Virus record (IMG/VR): IMGVR_UViG_3300027985_001690
DNA from: an uncultured virus (IMG/VR IMGVR_UViG_3300027985_001690)
Lineage: Duplodnaviria; Heunggongvirae; Uroviricota; Caudoviricetes
DNA: 64,000 nt
Direction: 5' to 3' (one strand)
Position 1 is the stretch's first letter; the number at the start of each line of letters is the position of its first letter. The notes beneath the pieces were generated by a model. The model did not search any database. It worked only from the letters and a program-made list of their open reading frames with translations, and was not told where the DNA came from. Of this stretch, positions 50,252 to 59,516 are shown piece by piece. A program made the translations under genes and the position numbers.

Positions 50252-51586
50252 TCACCTTCCACCTCGCTTGTGAGTGGGTCGCATCCCCGAGCAGCTGACG
50301 CCGAATTGCGCTCTGAACCTCTGCTCGATCCATTCCTTCGGCTTTCCCGTCACTCGTGCGTGGTCCCACAGCTGGTTGAATCGTTCCTGTCGAGCTCGCG
50401 CAAGCTTGGCTGGGTTCACCTTGACCAACCTCTCGCTCGCGTGCCCCATCGCCTTCCTCCCGCTCGACTTGCGCGACCCGCAGTGCGGGCAATGCGTCGA
50501 GTTCGATCGCCACGTCCTCGAGCACCTGGAACACCGGCGCATGGGTCGCTTTTCGGCGTCAAGTCGAACCGCGCGACCGCGCAGCGAAAACTTCCGGTTC
50601 TCGTCCGGCAACCCGTGGACGTGGTAGTTGCCACAAAGGTCGAGGCACGTGGCGAACTTCTTTCCAGGACCGCGGCGACCCGCGCGCCCGACCATCTGCA
50701 TGTACAGTCCGTCGTGCCCGACGTTGCAGGCGAGTACCACCGTTTCGATCGCCGGCAGGTTGAATCCCTCCGTCAGGATCTTGCAGTTCACAAGAATCAT
50801 GATCCGACCGGCGATGAATCGGTCAATGACGTCCTTTCGGACCGCGGCGGGCATGTCCCCGTCGACGTATCCCGTGGGCCACCCGCGGGAAAGGAACTCC
50901 GCGGTGATGTCGCGGGCGTGCTGGGTGTCTCGCGCGAACACGATCGTTCTGGTGTTCGGTGTGTGCTTCTCCCATAGCTTGACGGGGATGTCGGCGACGG
51001 TCTGTTGGAGGACGCGGCGCGGGGCGAGAACGTGGGTCGGCACAAGGAACCCAGCTCGGATGAGCTGCTGGCGCTGCGCGGCGACAACGATGTGCCTGTA
51101 CGTTGGGTACAGCCCGATGCCGTCGCTTCGCTCCGGGGAGGCGGTGCCCCCGATGTGGAACGCACCCATCCGCGAGTACCCCTGGTGAATCTCGTGGTAG
51201 CTCGGGGCCACGGCGTGGTGGCACTCGTCCCAGATGCACACGGTCGCCGGCGGCAGGTACCCTCTCGCGATCAGGGTCTGCACAGACGCAACCTGGACCA
51301 GGTGATTCGTCTGCGGGTATCCAGGGGCGATGATGCCGGACTCCACACCGCACTCCCGGATGGAGTCCTGCAGCTGGTTGATGAGCTCCTGTCGGTGGGC
51401 AATCGCGACCACTGCGCCCGCCCGGTCGCCCACGCCTCGCTTCGCCGCGATAGCCAGTGCGGGCCAGACCATCATGTACGTCTTGCCCGAGCCAGTGGGC
51501 CCGACGATGCACACGGACGGGTGGCCCATCCTCTCGTGCTTCAGGACCTCCGCTATGGTCCTCTTCTGGTACGCCCTGTTGTCCAC
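50252..51586 (-). CDS. superfamily 2 (DEAD/DEAH) helicase, RadD/YejH-like
   Basis: RAYQ, PTGSGKT, AHRQEL, DECHH, TASP, LTEGFN, QMVGRAGR, C-terminal CxxC..CxxC. Confidence 0.92.
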   Translation of the reverse strand: MDNRAYQKRTIAEVLKHERMGHPSVCIVGPTGSGKTYMMVWPALAIAAKRGVGDRAGAVVAIAHRQELINQLQDSIRECGVESGIIAPGYPQTNHLVQVASVQTLIARGYLPPATVCIWDECHHAVAPSYHEIHQGYSRMGAFHIGGTASPERSDGIGLYPTYRHIVVAAQRQQLIRAGFLVPTHVLAPRRVLQQTVADIPVKLWEKHTPNTRTIVFARDTQHARDITAEFLSRGWPTGYVDGDMPAAVRKDVIDRFIAGRIMILVNCKILTEGFNLPAIETVVLACNVGHDGLYMQMVGRAGRRGPGKKFATCLDLCGNYHVHGLPDENRKFSLRGRAVRLDAEKRPMRRCSRCSRTWRSNSTHCPHCGSRKSSGRKAMGHASERLVKVNPAKLARARQERFNQLWDHARVTGKPKEWIEQRFRAQFGVSCSGMRPTHKRGGR

Positions 51587-51595
51587 GACGAGATC

Positions 51596-51623
51596 ATCCT
51601 AGCCGATGTCTGAAACCGGTCAA
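51596..51623 (-). promoter_or_regulatory. sigma70-like promoter for the helicase block
   Basis: Minus strand TTGACC, 16-nt spacer, TAGGAT, ending ~10 nt before the helicase GTG. Confidence 0.5.
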
Positions 51624-51661
51624 GCAACTGTCGAAACTATGTCGTAACCGTACGTTTTTCG

Positions 51662-51919
51662 TCAGGTTCCTGGTTCGTCCTTGGGCTCCAAGGGCTGCGG
51701 GGAGGGAGGGGGAGTCAGCATGGCCTTGGTCGCCTCGATGCCGTTCTTGATGACGGCTCGAATGACGTCGGAGCGGGTGTAGGTGTGTCCGAAGTTCGAT
51801 AGTCCGAGGTCCAGGTTGAACCGGGCCTTGAGCTCGTCGATCTCCCTGATCATGGTGTCGGAAAGCCGCACGTTGTGCGTTCTCCAGCTGGTTTCTTCGC
51901 TTTTCTCTTCGATGCTCAT
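51662..51919 (-). CDS. ribbon-helix-helix DNA-binding protein
   Basis: HNVRLSDTMIREIDEL...TRSDVIRAVI. Confidence 0.65.
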   Translation of the reverse strand: MSIEEKSEETSWRTHNVRLSDTMIREIDELKARFNLDLGLSNFGHTYTRSDVIRAVIKNGIEATKAMLTPPPSPQPLEPKDEPGT

Positions 51920-51994
51920 GCGCGGTACGGTATCACGCGTCGTAGGGCGTGGCAACGCTTGCGCGGTCGTCGGTGGCAGCGTAGACTGCGCGGC

Positions 51995-52615
<621 letters not shown>

Positions 52616-52826
52616 CCAACGAGGAGCGATCTCTCCACGCGGCAAAGGTCCGGTGTGAGTCGGCCAGGCAGCAACTCGACAAGGTCATCACGGAACTGCA
52701 CGACTTGAGCTTGCTCGACTGCTCGGACATTTCGTTGCTGAATCGTGCAAGGCGTCGACTTCGGTCCGTGGAGGACTCGATTGAAGGACGGCTGACAACG
52801 TGACCCGTGTCACGTAGACTGTTCGC

Positions 52827-53333
52827 ATGACGGACGGCTATTACACGGGCCCCCCAATCACCTACGGAAACTATGACCGCGAGCCATTCGTGTGGTGTCA
52901 GGTCGTCTACCTGTACGCCAGAGAGCTCGTCAACGCCGGCGTCGACTACGAGGCCGCGTTGCGCGAGGCGATGCTGGTCAAGGACGCGATGGAACCATGG
53001 GGCAGTCCGACTCCACTGCTCGGCTCGCCCTCGTACGAGCGAGAGGAGTTGCTCGTGCACTGGCCGACGCTCGTGTGCGCCGCCAACGCGTACGCTGGCA
53101 TGCCGTCAGCCACTCGTGCGCAGGTCCTATCGATGATCAACATGGGCACCCCGGCATCCGAGTTACCCATCGCGTACGGCGCCGGCGGATGCAACCGAAA
53201 GGTGCTTGACGACCCCGAATACCACCCAGCTCCACCGTGTGTACCGCAACAGGTTGCAAGTACTACCTTCGCGGCAGTTGGCGCGTTCACTTTGACCGCA
53301 ATACTCGCGTGGTTCTTCATGCGTAGACGCTGA
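52827..53333 (+). CDS. protein with C-terminal TM anchor
   Basis: ...FAAVGAFTLTAILAWFFMRRR. Confidence 0.55.
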   Translation: MTDGYYTGPPITYGNYDREPFVWCQVVYLYARELVNAGVDYEAALREAMLVKDAMEPWGSPTPLLGSPSYEREELLVHWPTLVCAANAYAGMPSATRAQVLSMINMGTPASELPIAYGAGGCNRKVLDDPEYHPAPPCVPQQVASTTFAAVGAFTLTAILAWFFMRRR

Positions 53334-53358
53334 ATATCTGGGGGGGTACACTCCCCGA

Positions 53359-56300
53359 ATGGCAAGGCGAACTAGGGCCTCGAATCCTGCATGGTCTGAC
53401 AGGCTGATCGCATCGAACTGGTCAGAGCTCGACACGTACGCAAAAAAGAACAATTTGCCGATGCCGTCGAGCGATGCCAAGTCGACCAGGTTTCGGGAGT
53501 TGGGGTGCGGACACTACGGGTGCGTGCTTCCAACGGGGAACGACGATGTGGTCCTCAAGATCACGAGCGACGAATCCGAGGCCGGCATATACCTAGCCAC
53601 CAAAAAGATCGGGGAATCTCCCAACGGAATGTTGAAGGACTTCGGGATGGTACCTCTCGATGGTACCTTCAGACGTCGCAAGACGTTTGCGATATGGAAG
53701 GAAAGGGCCATCAGGGTAGGTGCGATGCGAGACACGGACGTCGAGGTCAAAAGGGCCGTTCGTCGTCTCGACGTCTTCAAATCGCTGGCGTCGATCGTCA
53801 GAAACTACGACGTCAAGCGACCCGGATCCGTTGGCGAGATCGTCGCAGACGACGATCTGGAGTTTGAAGAGTCAGACCTTGTTCGAGGGTACGAAAGGGA
53901 TCCCAGAATCGTTGTCAGAGCCTCGGTACGAAGGGGTGCGAGTAGGATCGGGTACGCACTTAGCGCGTGCAGGTTTGTGGCAGAGGTCATGTCGCAAGAG
54001 CCTGAGTTCAACCTGGTGGGTGAGACGCTACTCTGGTTCATGCACTACGGAATCCTTCTCGCGGATGTTCACGGAAACAACGTCGGGGAAGTCATTCGTC
54101 CGGAGAATTTCGGTGAACCTGTATGGGTGATTACGGACCCCGGGCACGCAGTTCCAATACGACCCATGCACTCATACGTCGTCGACGACGTATTACCCAA
54201 GACATCAATCATGGTCGAGGCAAGGATGGAAAACCCTACAGCAAAGCAAACGAAGGTCCTCAAGGACGGATGGACCAAGACGTCCTACGGTCCGGGCATG
54301 ATCGCATCCTACGATCACCCGGATGGCAGAACCGCAACCAAAGACGGTGGCCACTGGGAACTCAGTGACTCGCAGGGGAACCTGTATGGCTGGGTGAAGT
54401 CGTCGAAGCGTCCCACAGAGAAGTGGCTGTGGGAGAACAAGGGTTGGCCACGCAAGTCCGGAGATCCGTTGCATCCGCAGTTGGAGAAGTCCCTACGATC
54501 GAAGAACCCAAGCCGACGAACCAGAGCGAAGGCAGCTGCTCGGAAGACTGGCAAGCAAATCGCTCGAGGCGCGCGGACAACCGCCCGCGCCGTCGCTGGA
54601 GCCGCGAAGGGAGCAGTCAGTGGGGCGAAGCGAGCGGTTCGAGGATCCAACCCGACCAAGTGGGAGCTCCACACAGTGACAATGCCGGATGGTCGTAAGT
54701 CGTACTTCAGGGACAAGGACGACGCCGATCGATGGGCAAAGCCACGTGGTGGCAAGGTGACATCGAAGATGGCGACGAAGGAGCAGTGGCACTCTGTCGG
54801 AATGGTGCCACCGATCCGATCCCGTAGGTCGAACTCATCTGGCTACAGCTTGGCCAAGTACGACGCCTACATGAGCGAGCAGAACGAGCTCAACAAGTTG
54901 GACCGGCTCACTGATGCTCAGATCAAGCGACTGAGGGTTCTGAACAAGTACCTGGATGCGCACTGGGACGAGTACTCGAAGACGTCCGGATGGCCGAATA
55001 GGTCGTCCAACCCGGTGGCAGGATGCAACCTTCGACCGGTGTCGCGTCCCAAGGGCGTGAGCGACGCGACCGTCGAGCAGGGCATCCAGGTCGAGCTCGA
55101 GCACACGACCGATCGCCGTGTCGCGAGGAAGATCGCGTACCATCACCTCCACGAGGACAAGGCCTACTACAAGAAGCTCAAGAAGATGGAGGCTGGGTTC
55201 AGGCACCCCAACCCGACGAACCTGCGAAAGGGAATGGTCCTGATGCAGCGCGGGGTGACGTTCACTCCCGGCAGAGCGGACATTGTCCACGAGTCCAAGG
55301 GAGGACATGTGACGTTCGGACCGCTTCACCCCAATTGGTACCGACGAGCTCTGGGGAAGGGCCGACCCATGACCACGAGCCGAGCCGGGTTCCTCGACCA
55401 GTTCCGGATCGTTCCGGAGGATGAGATCGAGCGTTTCCGTGGCGCCGACGCCAAGAAGCTCGCGGACGAATTCATGCAGCACGCCAAGGACGAAGACGCC
55501 CGCGGCTACAAGGAGTCGGCGGACGAATACCGAATGAAGGCAAGGGAGACCATCAAGATGTACGGAACGAAGTCGGCCAAGACGACGGCCAAGAAGCGGA
55601 CCAGGTCGACCACGAAGAGGTCGCCCAAGAAGAACCCTGTGACTGAGGCGGCGCGCAAGCGCATGAAGCCCTCGGAGTTCGCCCTTCCGAAACAGAAGAA
55701 GTACGCGATCGACTCCGGGCCGCGGGCGAACTACGCGTTGACGTTGCTCAACCAGCACTACCGGAACGGCTCGAGGACGAAGGCAGAGTACACCGAGGCC
55801 TTCGTCAACATCATGAAGGCGTTCCGAAAGTACGGGAAGCCGGCGACTCGTCCTCCGCTGGTCCGAACGGAGAGAACCCTGGCCGAGTACAAGAAGTCCA
55901 AGGGAAAGCCCAACCCGACCAAGAAGGCGCCCGCGAAGAAGCGCATCGCCAAGAAGGCGCCCGCGAAGAAGCGCATCGCCAAGAAGGCGCCCGCGAAGAA
56001 GCGCATCGCCAAGAAGGCGCCCGCGAAGAAGCGCGTCACCAAGAAGGCACGCGCCGCGGCGAAGAAGCACATGGCCAGCAAGGGGCTCGGGAGCCCGTCC
56101 CCGAAGATGAAGCTGGCCATGGCCAACGTCGACAAGTCGGCCAAGAAGCTTGGAGAGATCTACGAAAAGATCGGCAAGGGCGACAGGTCTCAGGCCACGA
56201 TGAAGCGGCTCGAGACGGTCAAGAAGGTGCACGACAAGCACGTCAAGGCGATGGCCAAGCTCATGTACGGCGGAAAGGCGTTCCCGAAGAGAGCGAGCAA

Positions 56301-58449
56301 TCCTTCGTCGACCGGCGTACCTCCGCTGAGCAAGTGGCACGTGGAGCACAGGACGAGGCTCGTCACGCTGTACCGATGGAACAACTTCATGGTTGAGGAA
56401 ATTCCACAGCCAGGTGGCAGCGGTTTGTACGTCAAGACCTTGTACGTGAACGACGCCAAGCGAGTTGGAATTCAGCATCGGGTTGTCAGTTCGCTCAACT
56501 GGAAGGATATCGTCGAGGAGATCTCCAAGCGAAAGACCAAGCGCGTCGCAAAGAAGTCGACCGCCAAGAAGGCGCCCGCGAAGAAGCGCGTCGCCAAGAA
56601 GGCGCCAGCGAAGAAGCAGATCACCAGAGGTTCTGAAATGCTTCTGACGCTTGGGTCGGTTGGCACCGGAGTCCCAGAGCACGCCAAGGGCATCTCCGTC
56701 GTCAAGCACCAGGTCAAGGTGAAGTCCCTGCAGGACGCATCCAAGAAGGCGACTGACTTCATTCGAGCCAACGGCCTGTATGGAAGCAACTGGTTCCACG
56801 CAGGAATCGGCGACGTGTCGAAGGGGGGCAAGGTCGTAGCTCGTGTATCCTACAACGGATCGGTTTGGCCCCCTGGCGGCTGGGTGCAAGGTAGGAAGCC
56901 GCTGTACGACCCGTGGCCGGAGGAACGGCTTTCCAACCCAGCCAAGGGACCGAAGATCAAGGCGGTGTCGTTCGAGCGGTACAACGGCGGAATCGCGATC
57001 AAGCGTCGATTCGGCTCGAGCACCATCACGAAGTTCTACGTGTCGATCGACGGCGTGCCGGACAGCCAGCGCATCGTCGAGGGATACGGCAAGACCCCAG
57101 GAGAACGGAAGACCTACGCGATCAGCTCCTACAAGGCGACCAACCCTGACCTCGTTGCCAAGGCACCCAAGGCATCCACTCGAAAGGCTCCGACGAAGCG
57201 CTCGACGAAGACACCTACGAGCGTGCCGAAGGTCCAGATCGAAATGATCGTCGGCAATCTGCATGTGGGAACCCCTGACTCTGACGTTCGCGCCGGCGTA
57301 GAAACTCGTGCGCGCAAGGCTGGTGCCAACGAAAAGCTCATCAAGGCGTGTGGCGACTACGCGGTGAAGGTGCATCACAAGAACCGAGAGCTGTACAAGC
57401 AGGTGATGAGCGGTCGTTTCCGCAACCCGACGAAGGAGAAGCAGTTCACCCGGCGTGTGACGACGGGCCTGATCAAGAGCGAGATCAAGGACGGTCGCGT
57501 TGTGTTCGGGGAGAGCGCGACTGGTCAATTTCTGTCCGTCGGTCCGTATCACAAGGCGACGTCCAAGCGAGAGATGTTCGCGGTGTTCATCGGGAATCGA
57601 CCTCACGAGTTCTTCCAGGCCAGCGACGCAGCGGCGCACTTCATGGCGCTCACGAGGCCGGACAAGATCAAGTACAGGAATCCGGTCGAAAAGCGGTCGG
57701 CCAAGAAGTCGGCCAAGAAAAAGAACCCCATCCGTCACTGGGGGTCCTGGGCCAAGGTTCGCGAGGCGCTGCTCAGCGTGCCCAACGCGCCGACCAACTA
57801 CGGTCTCACGGTCCAGAACGTCAAACAGATCGGTGAAACGTTCGATTGGGAGGGTCGGTGGTCCGATTCGGGTTGGTCTCCCGGAACGAAGGAGTACGAC
57901 AGCCTGCCTGCCATGATCAAGGCGGAGCCGAGGCACTTCCTTGCCGACATCTCCGAGTACTACGGCGACGATTACTACCCCAGGCCGAAGTGCTCGAAGT
58001 GCAAGAAGCGCAACCCGACGAAGTCTCGGACGACGAAGGCCAAGTTGAGTCGGATTCCGAAGGAGAAGATCCAGGCAGTCAAGATCGAGCTCGAACGAAA
58101 GGAAGGGGTCCTGGACAAGGCCGTCGTTGAGGCTCCCAACGTCTGGGTGAAGGCAAACCAGATTCTGGCTCGATGGGCGCGCACAGCTCCGCCCGGAAGA
58201 GCGTACGACAGGACCGACTTCATCATCACGTTCGCTGACGGTGAGAAGTACAAGGGCAAATACGAGATCAATCGGATGGATATGACTCGAGCTAGCCTGG
58301 ATGCGCACGTGCAGAAGTTCGTCAAGACGATGGCTGGCAAGTACAACCCAGGCAACTCGACCGACGCCGAGTACAAGAACTGGCTCAAGGAGATGAAGGT
58401 CGACTCGAAGGCCTGGAACAGGTTCCTCAACAACTACCAGTTCGGATGA
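53359..58449 (+). CDS. large multi-module (polyvalent/polyprotein-like) protein: kinase-like, DUF5661-like, histone H1-like and LPD-like modules
   Basis: 1696 aa; LGCGHYGCV/VVLKIT/LLADVHGNNV/VITDPG kinase motifs; GIQVELEHTTD..IAYHHLHED..YY; KKAPAKKR repeats; AYDRTDFIITFADGEKYKGKYEI. Confidence 0.8.
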   Translation: MARRTRASNPAWSDRLIASNWSELDTYAKKNNLPMPSSDAKSTRFRELGCGHYGCVLPTGNDDVVLKITSDESEAGIYLATKKIGESPNGMLKDFGMVPLDGTFRRRKTFAIWKERAIRVGAMRDTDVEVKRAVRRLDVFKSLASIVRNYDVKRPGSVGEIVADDDLEFEESDLVRGYERDPRIVVRASVRRGASRIGYALSACRFVAEVMSQEPEFNLVGETLLWFMHYGILLADVHGNNVGEVIRPENFGEPVWVITDPGHAVPIRPMHSYVVDDVLPKTSIMVEARMENPTAKQTKVLKDGWTKTSYGPGMIASYDHPDGRTATKDGGHWELSDSQGNLYGWVKSSKRPTEKWLWENKGWPRKSGDPLHPQLEKSLRSKNPSRRTRAKAAARKTGKQIARGARTTARAVAGAAKGAVSGAKRAVRGSNPTKWELHTVTMPDGRKSYFRDKDDADRWAKPRGGKVTSKMATKEQWHSVGMVPPIRSRRSNSSGYSLAKYDAYMSEQNELNKLDRLTDAQIKRLRVLNKYLDAHWDEYSKTSGWPNRSSNPVAGCNLRPVSRPKGVSDATVEQGIQVELEHTTDRRVARKIAYHHLHEDKAYYKKLKKMEAGFRHPNPTNLRKGMVLMQRGVTFTPGRADIVHESKGGHVTFGPLHPNWYRRALGKGRPMTTSRAGFLDQFRIVPEDEIERFRGADAKKLADEFMQHAKDEDARGYKESADEYRMKARETIKMYGTKSAKTTAKKRTRSTTKRSPKKNPVTEAARKRMKPSEFALPKQKKYAIDSGPRANYALTLLNQHYRNGSRTKAEYTEAFVNIMKAFRKYGKPATRPPLVRTERTLAEYKKSKGKPNPTKKAPAKKRIAKKAPAKKRIAKKAPAKKRIAKKAPAKKRVTKKARAAAKKHMASKGLGSPSPKMKLAMANVDKSAKKLGEIYEKIGKGDRSQATMKRLETVKKVHDKHVKAMAKLMYGGKAFPKRASNPSSTGVPPLSKWHVEHRTRLVTLYRWNNFMVEEIPQPGGSGLYVKTLYVNDAKRVGIQHRVVSSLNWKDIVEEISKRKTKRVAKKSTAKKAPAKKRVAKKAPAKKQITRGSEMLLTLGSVGTGVPEHAKGISVVKHQVKVKSLQDASKKATDFIRANGLYGSNWFHAGIGDVSKGGKVVARVSYNGSVWPPGGWVQGRKPLYDPWPEERLSNPAKGPKIKAVSFERYNGGIAIKRRFGSSTITKFYVSIDGVPDSQRIVEGYGKTPGERKTYAISSYKATNPDLVAKAPKASTRKAPTKRSTKTPTSVPKVQIEMIVGNLHVGTPDSDVRAGVETRARKAGANEKLIKACGDYAVKVHHKNRELYKQVMSGRFRNPTKEKQFTRRVTTGLIKSEIKDGRVVFGESATGQFLSVGPYHKATSKREMFAVFIGNRPHEFFQASDAAAHFMALTRPDKIKYRNPVEKRSAKKSAKKKNPIRHWGSWAKVREALLSVPNAPTNYGLTVQNVKQIGETFDWEGRWSDSGWSPGTKEYDSLPAMIKAEPRHFLADISEYYGDDYYPRPKCSKCKKRNPTKSRTTKAKLSRIPKEKIQAVKIELERKEGVLDKAVVEAPNVWVKANQILARWARTAPPGRAYDRTDFIITFADGEKYKGKYEINRMDMTRASLDAHVQKFVKTMAGKYNPGNSTDAEYKNWLKEMKVDSKAWNRFLNNYQFG
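55921..56040 (+). repeat. 30-bp tandem repeat x4 encoding KKAPAKKRIA (histone H1-like)
   Basis: AAGAAGGCGCCCGCGAAGAAGCGCATCGCC in tandem; further copies near 56566-56620. Confidence 0.9.
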
Positions 58450-59210
58450 CCGACGTACTTGTCATCACCGGGCCGGTCAATGCGGCCCAACTTCATCAGC
58501 CCGAGTTGTCCCCCGGGACCAAGACGATCTACGTCGGGAGCGGGGGCGGCACGGGTTCCAACGACATGATGGCGGCGATGGACACGTGGCTCGCGGGTAA
58601 GGACCTGCGGACGCGCGTCCTCGAGGAAGTCCCGGACCTCAACCGGCTCGGCGTCATCTGGTTCTCTGCGGGCCACGGGAGCATCCAGGCGATTCTGAAG
58701 CGGGGGACCAACCCCAAGGACGTCCAGGCGTGGCTGTGCCTGGATGGTCTATACGCCGCCTGGAAGTACCGAGCTGCTTGGGCGACCACACTCGCCCAGG
58801 CGGCTATGGCCTCCACAACCACCCTTCTCGTCAGCGCGTCGACGTCGACCCCGGGCCAGTACGCGGACTCCAAGAGCGCATGGCTCGAGGTCATGAAGTA
58901 CGTTGACGTGCCGTCGACCGATGAAGCCAAGAAGACGGCCACATCCATCGGTCTGCCGGATCCGGACGAGGCCTTTCAGCACGGGGCCATGCTGGTCTGC
59001 GCCTACGATAGCATCGATCATCACCACCAAGTGCCAGCCATGCGCGAGGGTTTCGCCACCTGGTGGAACAATGTCCGAGATGCCACCCCTTACGAGCCCC
59101 CCTCCCCGACTCCCGATGGCCGGGAAGACAAGAGCCTGTGGCCCGCGGCGATCGCCGCAGCCGCTGGCGCCGTCTACCTGGCCTTCTGGCTCATCGGCAA
59201 AAAGAGCTGA
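58446..59210 (+). CDS. alpha/beta-hydrolase-like protein with C-terminal TM anchor
   Basis: Nucleophile elbow-like GVIWFSAGHG, LCLDGLY, late His (DHHHQV), LWPAAIAAAAGAVYLAFWLIGKKS. Confidence 0.55.
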   Translation: MTDVLVITGPVNAAQLHQPELSPGTKTIYVGSGGGTGSNDMMAAMDTWLAGKDLRTRVLEEVPDLNRLGVIWFSAGHGSIQAILKRGTNPKDVQAWLCLDGLYAAWKYRAAWATTLAQAAMASTTTLLVSASTSTPGQYADSKSAWLEVMKYVDVPSTDEAKKTATSIGLPDPDEAFQHGAMLVCAYDSIDHHHQVPAMREGFATWWNNVRDATPYEPPSPTPDGREDKSLWPAAIAAAAGAVYLAFWLIGKKS

Positions 59211-59516
59211 CCACCGAAAAATCGTAGCCCGAAATGTCAGGTCGCCATCCTGGCCAGTGTATCGTCCGGCCATGAGTTGGAACGACGAGCATGGTTTCGC
59301 CATCACAGGCAGGGGACTTCGTTGCGATGCTGGACGTCCGGGGACTATTCCCGACGAACTCCGGCTGGGAACCATCGGGGACTGCGACGTCGACGAGCTC
59401 GAGCTCGACTTCGGCCAGCCTTGGCCTCGGGGAAGGCAACCCAAACACCGTAGACGGAAAGATCACAAAGAGCATCGTTGACTGATGCCAGGTCGCCTTC
59501 GTGATAGAATGCGCCC

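Noticed and set aside
54835..58308. 1157-aa minus-strand ORF
   Set aside because: Antisense shadow of the 1696-aa gene, as expected with GC-rich codon bias; no recognisable motifs.
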